This document shows, one piece after another, positions 1 to 7,048 of a DNA stretch of 34,119 nt. Source of the stretch: an uncultured Treponemataceae bacterium (lineage in GTDB: Bacteria > Spirochaetota > Spirochaetia > Treponematales > Treponemataceae); the NCBI GenBank assembly GCA_964509415.1, contig CAZDXD010000001.1, positions 1 to 34,119 of the forward strand. The letters run 5' to 3'. The notes beneath the pieces were generated by a model. That model searched no databases, had not been told where the DNA came from, and worked only from the letters and a program-made list of their open reading frames with translations. Both the position numbers and the translations under genes were made by a program. The stretch's first letter is position 1; the number at the start of each line of letters is the position of its first letter.

Positions 1-173
1 AGCAGCTAGGAGGAAGTGAAAAAAGGGCTTGCTATTTAGGGAATGGTATACTAGGCAACTAGGCAACTAGTAAACTACCTCGCTGAGCACACGCTCGTAT
101 AACTGCCATGCATATTGCAATATGACTCCTTGAGTTTCGAAAGAAATCGAGCCTCATCGCCTGCCTTAATCCA

Positions 174-203
174 TTGACAATAGCCAAGCAACTTAATTAC
201 AAT
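174..203 (+). promoter_or_regulatory. Candidate sigma70-type promoter: TTGACA (174..179), 18-nt spacer, TACAAT (198..203), ending 6 nt before ATG 210
   Basis: Hexamers read directly. The TTG that the ORF track uses as a start (174) is the first codon of the TTGACA -35 box. There is no SD before ATG 210. Confidence 0.4.
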
Positions 204-209
204 TTTGGC

Positions 210-1523
210 ATGGGGTCACATCAAAAAATCAACAGCCTTGCAGAAGAGTTAAACGAAATTTTAGATAGCTGCGCGGCGGGCAGGCTGCTTTCAGGCTTGG
301 GCAGGCGCATTTACTTTCCTAAGGGCATTATCGCGCAAAGCGACGAAGCCAAGCGGCTTGGAAAAAACGCAAACGCCACAATCGGCACGGCGGTTAAAGA
401 CGGCGAGCCTATGATGCTCTCGTCCATTAAAAAATACCTGCCAGCCTTTGCGCCTAGTGAAGCCGTGGGCTACGCTCCAACGGCTGGAAACCCTAAGCTG
501 CGCGAGCTTTGGAAAAAGTTTATCCTTGATAAAAACCCTTCGCTTAAAGGCGTGGATTTTTCGCTCCCCATTCTTGTGCCGGGGCTGACAGCTGGCGTAT
601 CATATCTTTCCGATATGTTCCTTGACGAAACAACCGCGCTTCTTACCGCAGACCCGTACTGGGAAAACTATTCCCTTATAGTCGAAGCAAGGCGGAACTC
701 AAGCCTGCATAAATTCAAAATGTTTGAAAACGGCGCGTTCAGCACGGCGAACTTCAAGAAGGCGCTTAAAAAAGAAGCTGAAAGCGGCGCTGTCAGGCTT
801 CTTTTGAACTTTCCGCAGAACCCGTCAGGCTACACGCCTTATAAAGGCGAAGCGGAGGAAATCTGCGCCGCTATAGCGGAAACAGCCGAAAGCGGCGCTG
901 ACGTTCTTGTATGGTGCGACGATGCCTATTTCGGCTTAAACTACGAAGAGGGAATTTGCGCAGAGTCGCTTTTTGCGAAACTTGCATCCGCGCACGAGAG
1001 AATACTTGCCGTTAAAATTGACGGACCTACGAAGGAAGATTATGCATGGGGATTCCGCACGGGATTCGTTACATTCGCTTCAAAGGGAATGACAGCGGAG
1101 CAATACGACGCGCTGGCAAAAAAGATGATGGGCTTTATCCGCTCTTCGACTTCATGCGCAGCGACAGAATCCCAGTCAATTATCCTTAAAGCCTTTGAAG
1201 ACCCTTCAACCGAAGAAGAAAAAGAAGAGTTTAAGAGCATTCTCCTTGAACGCTATCGCCTCGTCAAAAAAAGCCTTGAGGCTCACAAGGGAAGTCCAGC
1301 GATAGAGCCGCTTCCGTTTAATTCAGGCTACTTTATGTGCCTGCGCTGCATTGGAGCCGGCGCGGAAGAAGTGCGGCAGGAGCTTTTGGCAAAGCACGGC
1401 ATAGGCACGGTGGCAATAGATGAAAGCCACCTGCGGATTGCGTTTTCTTCGCTTGACACTGAAAAAATCGAATACGTTTACGACATGATTTTCAAGACTG
1501 CGGAAGAGCTTGCAGGCAAATAA
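210..1523 (+). CDS. PLP-dependent aminotransferase, class I/II fold (aspartate/aromatic aminotransferase-like)
   Basis: NFPQNPSGYTP motif, DDAYFGL, and a Lys-containing TKEDYAWGFRTGF segment that fits the SxxK...GxRxG PLP site. Length is about 437 aa. I chose ATG 210 (MGSHQK...) over the upstream TTG 174. Confidence 0.8.
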   Translation: MGSHQKINSLAEELNEILDSCAAGRLLSGLGRRIYFPKGIIAQSDEAKRLGKNANATIGTAVKDGEPMMLSSIKKYLPAFAPSEAVGYAPTAGNPKLRELWKKFILDKNPSLKGVDFSLPILVPGLTAGVSYLSDMFLDETTALLTADPYWENYSLIVEARRNSSLHKFKMFENGAFSTANFKKALKKEAESGAVRLLLNFPQNPSGYTPYKGEAEEICAAIAETAESGADVLVWCDDAYFGLNYEEGICAESLFAKLASAHERILAVKIDGPTKEDYAWGFRTGFVTFASKGMTAEQYDALAKKMMGFIRSSTSCAATESQSIILKAFEDPSTEEEKEEFKSILLERYRLVKKSLEAHKGSPAIEPLPFNSGYFMCLRCIGAGAEEVRQELLAKHGIGTVAIDESHLRIAFSSLDTEKIEYVYDMIFKTAEELAGK

Positions 1524-1535
1524 ACCAAGCGCCCC

Positions 1536-2024
1536 TTACAGCCGCAACAAATGCGCCGTCTGCACGTTTTCGGGGATTTTTTCGTACAGCGGCTTTGCCT
1601 TGCTGTTGCTTTTATCAAAGCAGACAGCAGCCTCGAAAAGCTCGATTGTGTACTGTTCAAGTATGTCAATATTGGGACCAAAATTGCTGATAGCCATGTT
1701 GCAAAAAATTCTCTGCGGATCGTTCTCGGACGAGCCGAAAGAACGGCCGCCAATCGAGCTATTTAGCGATGGTATAACGGTAGTACGGACATCGCTTATA
1801 AAGCGCGCCAGCGCATTAATTTGAAGGTAAAGCTCATCAAGAGGGATTCCGCGGTTAAGCGCGTCCAAGGGATACTCCGTTAAATCGGAAATGCGATGGT
1901 CAATGACAGGGGCGGAAAGCACAGGCACAAGCAAGGGGCGGATAAACCTTGTAGCAACATTCTGCGTATAGTGTTCCGCAAGCCGCAGAATCATTCCGGA
2001 AATCTCAGGATCGCGCACAATCAC
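1536..2024 (-). CDS. Hypothetical protein (162 aa), no family recognised
   Basis: Longest ORF in this interval. It has a GTG start bounded by an in-frame TAA 2 codons upstream. TATAAT (complement of 2032..2037) lies 7 nt upstream and TTGTCA lies at -35 spacing. No motif recognised. Confidence 0.45.
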   Translation of the reverse strand: MIVRDPEISGMILRLAEHYTQNVATRFIRPLLVPVLSAPVIDHRISDLTEYPLDALNRGIPLDELYLQINALARFISDVRTTVIPSLNSSIGGRSFGSSENDPQRIFCNMAISNFGPNIDILEQYTIELFEAAVCFDKSNSKAKPLYEKIPENVQTAHLLRL

Positions 2025-2053
2025 TTTTTAGATTATAGTCTCTTGAACCCTAA

Positions 2054-2082
2054 TTGACAACGGCGTTTTTCATTCATAAGAT
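2054..2082 (+). promoter_or_regulatory. Candidate promoter: TTGACA (2054..2059), 17-nt spacer, TAAGAT (2077..2082), 9 nt before ATG 2092
   Basis: Hexamers read directly. It overlaps a divergent minus-strand promoter candidate (TTGTCA/TATAAT, 2032..2060). Confidence 0.35.
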
Positions 2083-2091
2083 TCACGCCAG

Positions 2092-3363
2092 ATGAACAAG
2101 CATAACAGCAAAGCGCCGCCCACCGCGTTTTCCGTAGTGTTTTGCCTGCTGATTCCGCTTTTTTTTGCAGTTTCGTGCGCAAACCATGGAAACCCAATCG
2201 TTGTAATCAAAACCAACAGGAGCGAATTTGCCGCATACGCGGAATTGTTCAACAAGGAGCAGGACACTTGGAAGGCGATGGTTGTGTTTTCAGAAAACCC
2301 TGCTGAAGAGCTTTTGTCACCCGGCATGGATGCGGACATTGTCGCAGGCCCTTGGATTAAAGGAGAAAAAACGCGCTCAAAACTCATTCCGCTGACATAT
2401 CTTTTTAACGAAAGAAAGCTGGACGGAAGCATTTTTTACCGCTCCCTTCTTGAGCTTGGAAACACGCGCGGAACGCAGTTTTCGCTTCCCGTAAGCTTTA
2501 ATCTCCCCGCGCTCATCTTTTCGCAGGAGCATCGCGCCCTTATGCGCGAAGACCCTTTAATCGATTTTGCCGAAATCCAAGAGCTGTCAAAATCCTTTAA
2601 CGAAATGGAAAACGGTGCTTACACGCGCATGGCGTTTTCTCCGCGCTGGGATGCGGAATTTCTCTACACGACGACGCAAATGATGAATGCGGACTTTCAT
2701 GAGTCGGAGAATATCTTTTCTTGGAACGAAAAAAACCTGCGCGACGCTATAATTTTCTTGCGGAACTGGGAAAGCGAGATTAACACATCGGCGGCAGCCG
2801 TGGAAGACTTCAAGTTTAAGTATCTCTATATCCCGCTGGAGCGCGCTGCGACAGGAGGGCGGATTTTGTTCGCTCAAACATACACAAACGAGCTTTTTTC
2901 CGGAACAACTGACAATCTCCGCCAGCTGGATTTCCGATGGCCCGCGCATAACAGAAAGATACCGATGAAAGACGAAATTATCTATCTTGGAATATGCCGC
3001 GGCACAAAAAACAGAGCTGCGGCGGAAGCCTTTGTTTCGTGGTTTTTTAGCGTGGAAACCCAGCAGAGAATCATGGAATACAGCAGGGAAGTCGGCATGC
3101 TGGATAACTCTTTTGGCATTGCAAACGGGTTTTCATCGATAAAATCCGTCAATGAGAGAATTTTTCCGCTTTACTACCCCGATCTTCTCGGAAAAATGCC
3201 GGAAGAAGATCAGCTGAAAATCCCTGAAATTCTCCCCAATGACTGGGAAGAGATAAGGCAGGAAATTCTGCTTCCCTTTCTGTCAGAAATCATCGCCGCA
3301 GAAGATGCCGCTAGCGTGCCGTCTCTTTCAGAGCGCATTGAAAGAAGAGAGAAAACCCACTAA
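2092..3363 (+). CDS. Putative lipoprotein, possibly related to a family-1 extracellular solute-binding protein
   Basis: N-terminal signal peptide ending in the lipobox-like FFAVS-C. The mature part is about 400 aa with an SBP-like size and pattern (DIVAGPWIKGE...LIPL). The family assignment is tentative. Confidence 0.55.
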   Translation: MNKHNSKAPPTAFSVVFCLLIPLFFAVSCANHGNPIVVIKTNRSEFAAYAELFNKEQDTWKAMVVFSENPAEELLSPGMDADIVAGPWIKGEKTRSKLIPLTYLFNERKLDGSIFYRSLLELGNTRGTQFSLPVSFNLPALIFSQEHRALMREDPLIDFAEIQELSKSFNEMENGAYTRMAFSPRWDAEFLYTTTQMMNADFHESENIFSWNEKNLRDAIIFLRNWESEINTSAAAVEDFKFKYLYIPLERAATGGRILFAQTYTNELFSGTTDNLRQLDFRWPAHNRKIPMKDEIIYLGICRGTKNRAAAEAFVSWFFSVETQQRIMEYSREVGMLDNSFGIANGFSSIKSVNERIFPLYYPDLLGKMPEEDQLKIPEILPNDWEEIRQEILLPFLSEIIAAEDAASVPSLSERIERREKTH

Positions 3364-3436
3364 CGCCTCCCGCGCCAAAACATAAGCTAAAACTGGAGCG
3401 CCTCTCTTCCGATAATCTTAATCGGAGGACGAGAAA

Positions 3437-3841
3437 GTGGCTTCAAGTTTAGGCGCATTGAGAAGCGCGTCATTTGCCATGCTTGCTTCCGCCTCTTATG
3501 GAAGCAGGACGCATTTCCCGGTCAACGCGAACCAGTACGTTTACTCCCAATTTGAGCATGTGGCGGGCACCCCTGTAGATGACGGAAGCGGCATCCCGCT
3601 TGCAAAACTAAAAATCCTTAACACAATAATCGACCAGCTTATTGCAATGAAAAAAACCGCCGCCGTGGATTTAAGCGGCGAAAGCTTAGAATTTTTAAGT
3701 GAAGGCGCGGCGGAAAAAGAAATCGCGCCGATGATTGAAAGCTATCAAAGAGAAGTGCAGGTAATGGCGGAGAGCCTGCAAGATACATTCTATAAGCCGC
3801 CTGCACCCGAAGCAGGGCTGCTGTTTAATTTCGGTGCCTAG
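3437..3841 (+). CDS. Hypothetical protein (134 aa)
   Basis: GGAGGA (3424..3429) lies 7 nt before GTG 3437 and GATAAT lies at 3411..3416. No recognisable motif, so coding status rests on ORF length and the SD only. Confidence 0.4.
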   Translation: MASSLGALRSASFAMLASASYGSRTHFPVNANQYVYSQFEHVAGTPVDDGSGIPLAKLKILNTIIDQLIAMKKTAAVDLSGESLEFLSEGAAEKEIAPMIESYQREVQVMAESLQDTFYKPPAPEAGLLFNFGA

Positions 3842-3932
3842 CCTAGCCTGCCCCGTCACCGGAAACCGCGCAAATAGTACCCGCGAGCACGTTTATATTG
3901 ACCGCGCGTAATATTGGCATTACTATGTGGGC

Positions 3933-4097
3933 ATGACAATGATTGTCGTAACACACGAAATGGGCTTTGCGCGCGAGGCTGCAAGGCGCATCCTCTTTAT
4001 GGCGGGCGGGCAAATCCGTGAGCAAAACACACCGACTAAGTTTTTTGCCGAGCCTAAAAATGAGCGCCTGCGCGACTTTCTCTCTAAGGTGCTTTAG
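3933..4097 (+). pseudogene. 3' relic of a polar amino-acid ABC transporter ATP-binding protein (GlnQ/HisP-like C-terminus only)
   Basis: Hand translation gives MTMIVVTHEMGFAREAARRILFMAGGQIREQNTPTKFFAEPKNERLRDFLSKVL*. This matches the H-loop-to-C-terminus of GlnQ-type ATPases (MTMvvVTHEMgFArev...FsnP..eR...FLskvl). Walker A, the signature motif and Walker B are all absent, and an in-frame TAA sits at 3909..3911. Confidence 0.7.
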
Positions 4098-4110
4098 CCG
4101 TTAATCTTTT

Positions 4111-6144
4111 ATGCCGCTTGACTACAAAAGCGTCCTCAACCCAGAGCAATACAGGGCGGTTACCGCAATAAATGGTCCCGTGCTGATTATCGCAGGCGCG
4201 GGCTCAGGAAAGACGCGCGTAATTACGCACCGTATAGCCTATATGCTTGACCGCGGCATTCCGCAGTCAGAGATTTTAGCGCTTACCTTTACAAACAAGG
4301 CAGCGCAGGAAATGCAAACGCGGGTTAAGGAGCTCACCCAAAAAAAACTTCAGGCACTGACTGTAAGCACATTTCACTCGTTTGGCGTTAAAATCATAAG
4401 GGAGAACTCTGCCCTTCTTTCTAGGCGGGAAAACTTTAGCATTTACGATGAAGGCGATAAGGCGCAGCTTATAAAAGAGAGCGCGCGCGAGGCAGGCTTT
4501 AGTGCGGATGCCCTTGATGTCTATGAAGTCGGTAATCTCTTTTCTGCTATCAAGGGCGGCGTTAAGGACTGGAGCGAGGCGGATGCAAGAATGCGCCCTC
4601 TTTTTGCCGAGTATCAAAAAGGCCTTGAAGTTTACAATGCAGTTGACTTTGACGATCTAATCCTTCTTCCGATAAACCTTTTCCGAGAAAACCCCGCCGT
4701 GCGCGAGAAATACCGCGCTCGCTACAAGTACATTATGGTGGATGAGTTTCAAGACACAAGCGCTCAGCAATATGAGCTTTTGCGCCTTTTGGCGGGCGAA
4801 AATGTTTGCGTTGTAGGGGACGATGACCAGTCTATTTATTCGTGGCGCGGCGCGGACTTTGAAAATATCCGCAAGTTTGAGCGCGACTTCCCCAACCGCA
4901 TTGAAATACGCCTTGAGCAAAATTACCGCTCAACGGGGACAATACTTGCGGCGGCTAACGGCGTAATTTCGCACAACGTAAACCGCAAGCAAAAGGAACT
5001 CTGGTCAGGGAAAGGCGGCGGCAAGCCTGTGGAGCTTTTGACGCCGGAGGACGAAAAGGAAGAGGCTGAGTTTATAGCGGATACAATCCTCTCTCTAAGA
5101 ATGAGAGAGAGGCTAAAGTTTCAGGACTTTGCCGTTTTAATGCGCACAAACAGCTTGAGCCGCGCAATCGAGGAGGAGTTTCTTTCTCGCAACATTCCCT
5201 ACTCAATGTCAGGCGGGAGCAGCTTTTTTCAGCGCAAAGAAATTAAAGACGTGATAAGCTACCTCCGCGTGATTGCAAACCCCGATGACGACATAAACCT
5301 CCTGCGCATTATAAACACGCCGCGCAGGGGAATAGGAAGGAAGGCTGTTGCGGAAATTTCACGCGCAGCTGAAGCTGAAAAAGTGTCAATCTGGCGCGCG
5401 GGGAATCTCGCCTCCGAAAGGCAGGGCGCGCTCTTTTCTGAAAGCCCGACAACGCCTTTTGGGGAATTTGCAGTGTTAATCCGCAAATACCGCGGCGAAA
5501 TGTTAGGCGAGGGGGGTGCCCTTGCAGAGAAGGCGCGGCACTTAATAGAAGAGATTGACTACTGGGGCTTTCTTGTGCAGGAGTATCAAAAAAACGAGAA
5601 GACGGCGCGCTTTAAGTTTTTGAACATTGAAAGCCTTATTGCTTCAATCTCTGACTGGGAGAGGGACCCCGACAACTTTAGCAAATCGCTGTACGATTAC
5701 CTTAACCGCATTACGCTTATGCAGAGGGACAACCCGGAGGACGGCGAGGGGACGGGCAAGGTAAACCTGATGACAATACACGCCGCGAAGGGCCTTCAGT
5801 TTCCCGTTGTCTTTATTGCGGGCGCGGAGGACGGCATTATCCCGCACGCGCGCAGCCTTGAGGAAAGTGAGCTCACCCCCGAAAGCGGCTCAGGCGGCAT
5901 AGAAGAGGAAAGGCGGCTTTTTTACGTTGCAATTACGCGCGCGCAAGATAAGCTCTTTATTTCGAGCTGTGCCAGAAGGCGAAAGGGCGGCAACCGCGCG
6001 GAGTGCGCCCCCTCGCCTTTTATAAGCGAAATCCCCGAAGGCCTTGTGGAATACCGCGAAGCTGAAATAGAGCAACAGCTTAGCGCGGCGGAAGCAGTAG
6101 ATATTTTAGCGCAAATGCGGTCGCAGTTTGGGAAGGGCCGGTAA
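4111..6144 (+). CDS. ATP-dependent DNA helicase, UvrD/Rep/PcrA family (SF1)
   Basis: Walker A AGAGSGKTRVITHRIAYM, motif II VDEFQDTS, GDDDQSIYSWRGA, NYRST, and C-terminal TIHAAKGLQFPVVF plus EERRLFYVAITRA. Confidence 0.92.
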   Translation: MPLDYKSVLNPEQYRAVTAINGPVLIIAGAGSGKTRVITHRIAYMLDRGIPQSEILALTFTNKAAQEMQTRVKELTQKKLQALTVSTFHSFGVKIIRENSALLSRRENFSIYDEGDKAQLIKESAREAGFSADALDVYEVGNLFSAIKGGVKDWSEADARMRPLFAEYQKGLEVYNAVDFDDLILLPINLFRENPAVREKYRARYKYIMVDEFQDTSAQQYELLRLLAGENVCVVGDDDQSIYSWRGADFENIRKFERDFPNRIEIRLEQNYRSTGTILAAANGVISHNVNRKQKELWSGKGGGKPVELLTPEDEKEEAEFIADTILSLRMRERLKFQDFAVLMRTNSLSRAIEEEFLSRNIPYSMSGGSSFFQRKEIKDVISYLRVIANPDDDINLLRIINTPRRGIGRKAVAEISRAAEAEKVSIWRAGNLASERQGALFSESPTTPFGEFAVLIRKYRGEMLGEGGALAEKARHLIEEIDYWGFLVQEYQKNEKTARFKFLNIESLIASISDWERDPDNFSKSLYDYLNRITLMQRDNPEDGEGTGKVNLMTIHAAKGLQFPVVFIAGAEDGIIPHARSLEESELTPESGSGGIEEERRLFYVAITRAQDKLFISSCARRRKGGNRAECAPSPFISEIPEGLVEYREAEIEQQLSAAEAVDILAQMRSQFGKGR

Positions 6145-6153
6145 CGATGAGGA

Positions 6154-6906
6154 TTAACGCCCTTTAACAATGGCGCGGATTTTTTCTGCATAAAGATCGG
6201 CGTGGTTAAGGGAAAACTCTCCGTGGCGCATAGCTTGAAGCACATGCAAGCTGCTTTTGGGCAGCGTTTTATGCAGCTTTCTTGCAGAGAGCAAAATTCT
6301 TTTGTTTTCTAGCTCTCCGACAAACAAATGGACTTTTGCAGCACACTCTTTAAGTGGCTCTTTCATAAAATACATGGCGCTTTCTTGCAAGAAGGCAATC
6401 ATATTTTGCTTAGTGATACCGCAGGTGTCTTGATAATAGTCATTAAATAGGTTCGGTCTCATTCGAAGTGCGCGGAATTGCAGCTTAGAAAACCATTTTT
6501 GCCGAATTAGCCAATAACAGCTTCCAAATGCCGGTTTAATCAGCGAAAAGGTGAGTTTAGATGGAATAACCGCCGCACTCTCTACAAGCGCAAAACGGCA
6601 GATGCCTTTAGCTTGAGAGAGCATTTCAAGCAATATTTGCCCGCCAAGAGACAAGCCGCCAATCAGCAGTACCGAGCCTGCAAATTCCGCATCAATAAAA
6701 GAAATGATTTCTGCGGCATTGTCTTCTATTGTGGTAAAGTTTTTGTCGCTCCCTGCGTGCCCGTCCAATATCGGGATAATTATCCTAAAATCATTTTGAA
6801 GCCGCTCTGCCACTTCTCTATAATTCCACCACGACAAGCCGCCGCCATGCAAAAGAATAATTACATCGCGGTTCTGCCTTCCGTATTCTTTATATTGCAA
6901 TGCCAT
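6154..6906 (-). CDS. Alpha/beta-fold hydrolase
   Basis: VIILLHGGG oxyanion region and the GGLSLGGQ nucleophile elbow (GxSxG). I prefer ATG at 6906 (MALQYKEYG...), while the ORF track extends to a TTG at 6948. Confidence 0.8.
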   Translation of the reverse strand: MALQYKEYGRQNRDVIILLHGGGLSWWNYREVAERLQNDFRIIIPILDGHAGSDKNFTTIEDNAAEIISFIDAEFAGSVLLIGGLSLGGQILLEMLSQAKGICRFALVESAAVIPSKLTFSLIKPAFGSCYWLIRQKWFSKLQFRALRMRPNLFNDYYQDTCGITKQNMIAFLQESAMYFMKEPLKECAAKVHLFVGELENKRILLSARKLHKTLPKSSLHVLQAMRHGEFSLNHADLYAEKIRAIVKGR

Positions 6907-7020
6907 ATAAGCCGTCAGCTCCCAGCTTCCAGCTCTGGGGTCTAGCAAGTAGAACCTTGCATTCGCAAGCGCACCCGCAGCGCTAGCTTCTAGCGCACCG
7001 CTACTTGCTCATGCCCTAAC

Positions 7021-7045
7021 GCTGGTAGCTGGTAGCTGGTAGCTG
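7021..7045. repeat. Heptanucleotide tandem repeat (GCTGGTA) x3.6
   Basis: gctggta gctggta gctggta gctg read directly. It lies between the stop of the 7049..9103 gene and the start of the hydrolase gene. Confidence 0.85.
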
Positions 7046-7048
7046 ATT

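Noticed and set aside
174-209. TTG start codon at 174, giving a 12-aa N-terminal extension of the aminotransferase
   Set aside because: The TTG is the first three bases of a TTGACA box that pairs with TACAAT at 18-nt spacing. ATG 210 then sits at the expected transcription start, so the extension is probably an artefact of the ORF track.
3843-4025. 60-aa minus-strand ORF
   Set aside because: It is the antisense shadow of the + strand ABC-ATPase relic, whose translation has clear family motifs. The minus-strand product has none.
4111-6144. UvrD-family helicase as part of a phage-defence system, and likewise the dGTPase-like gene at 31830..33182
   Set aside because: Both look like standard housekeeping versions with full core motifs and typical lengths. 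Their neighbours are not nucleases, methylases, ATPases or other defence-type partners.
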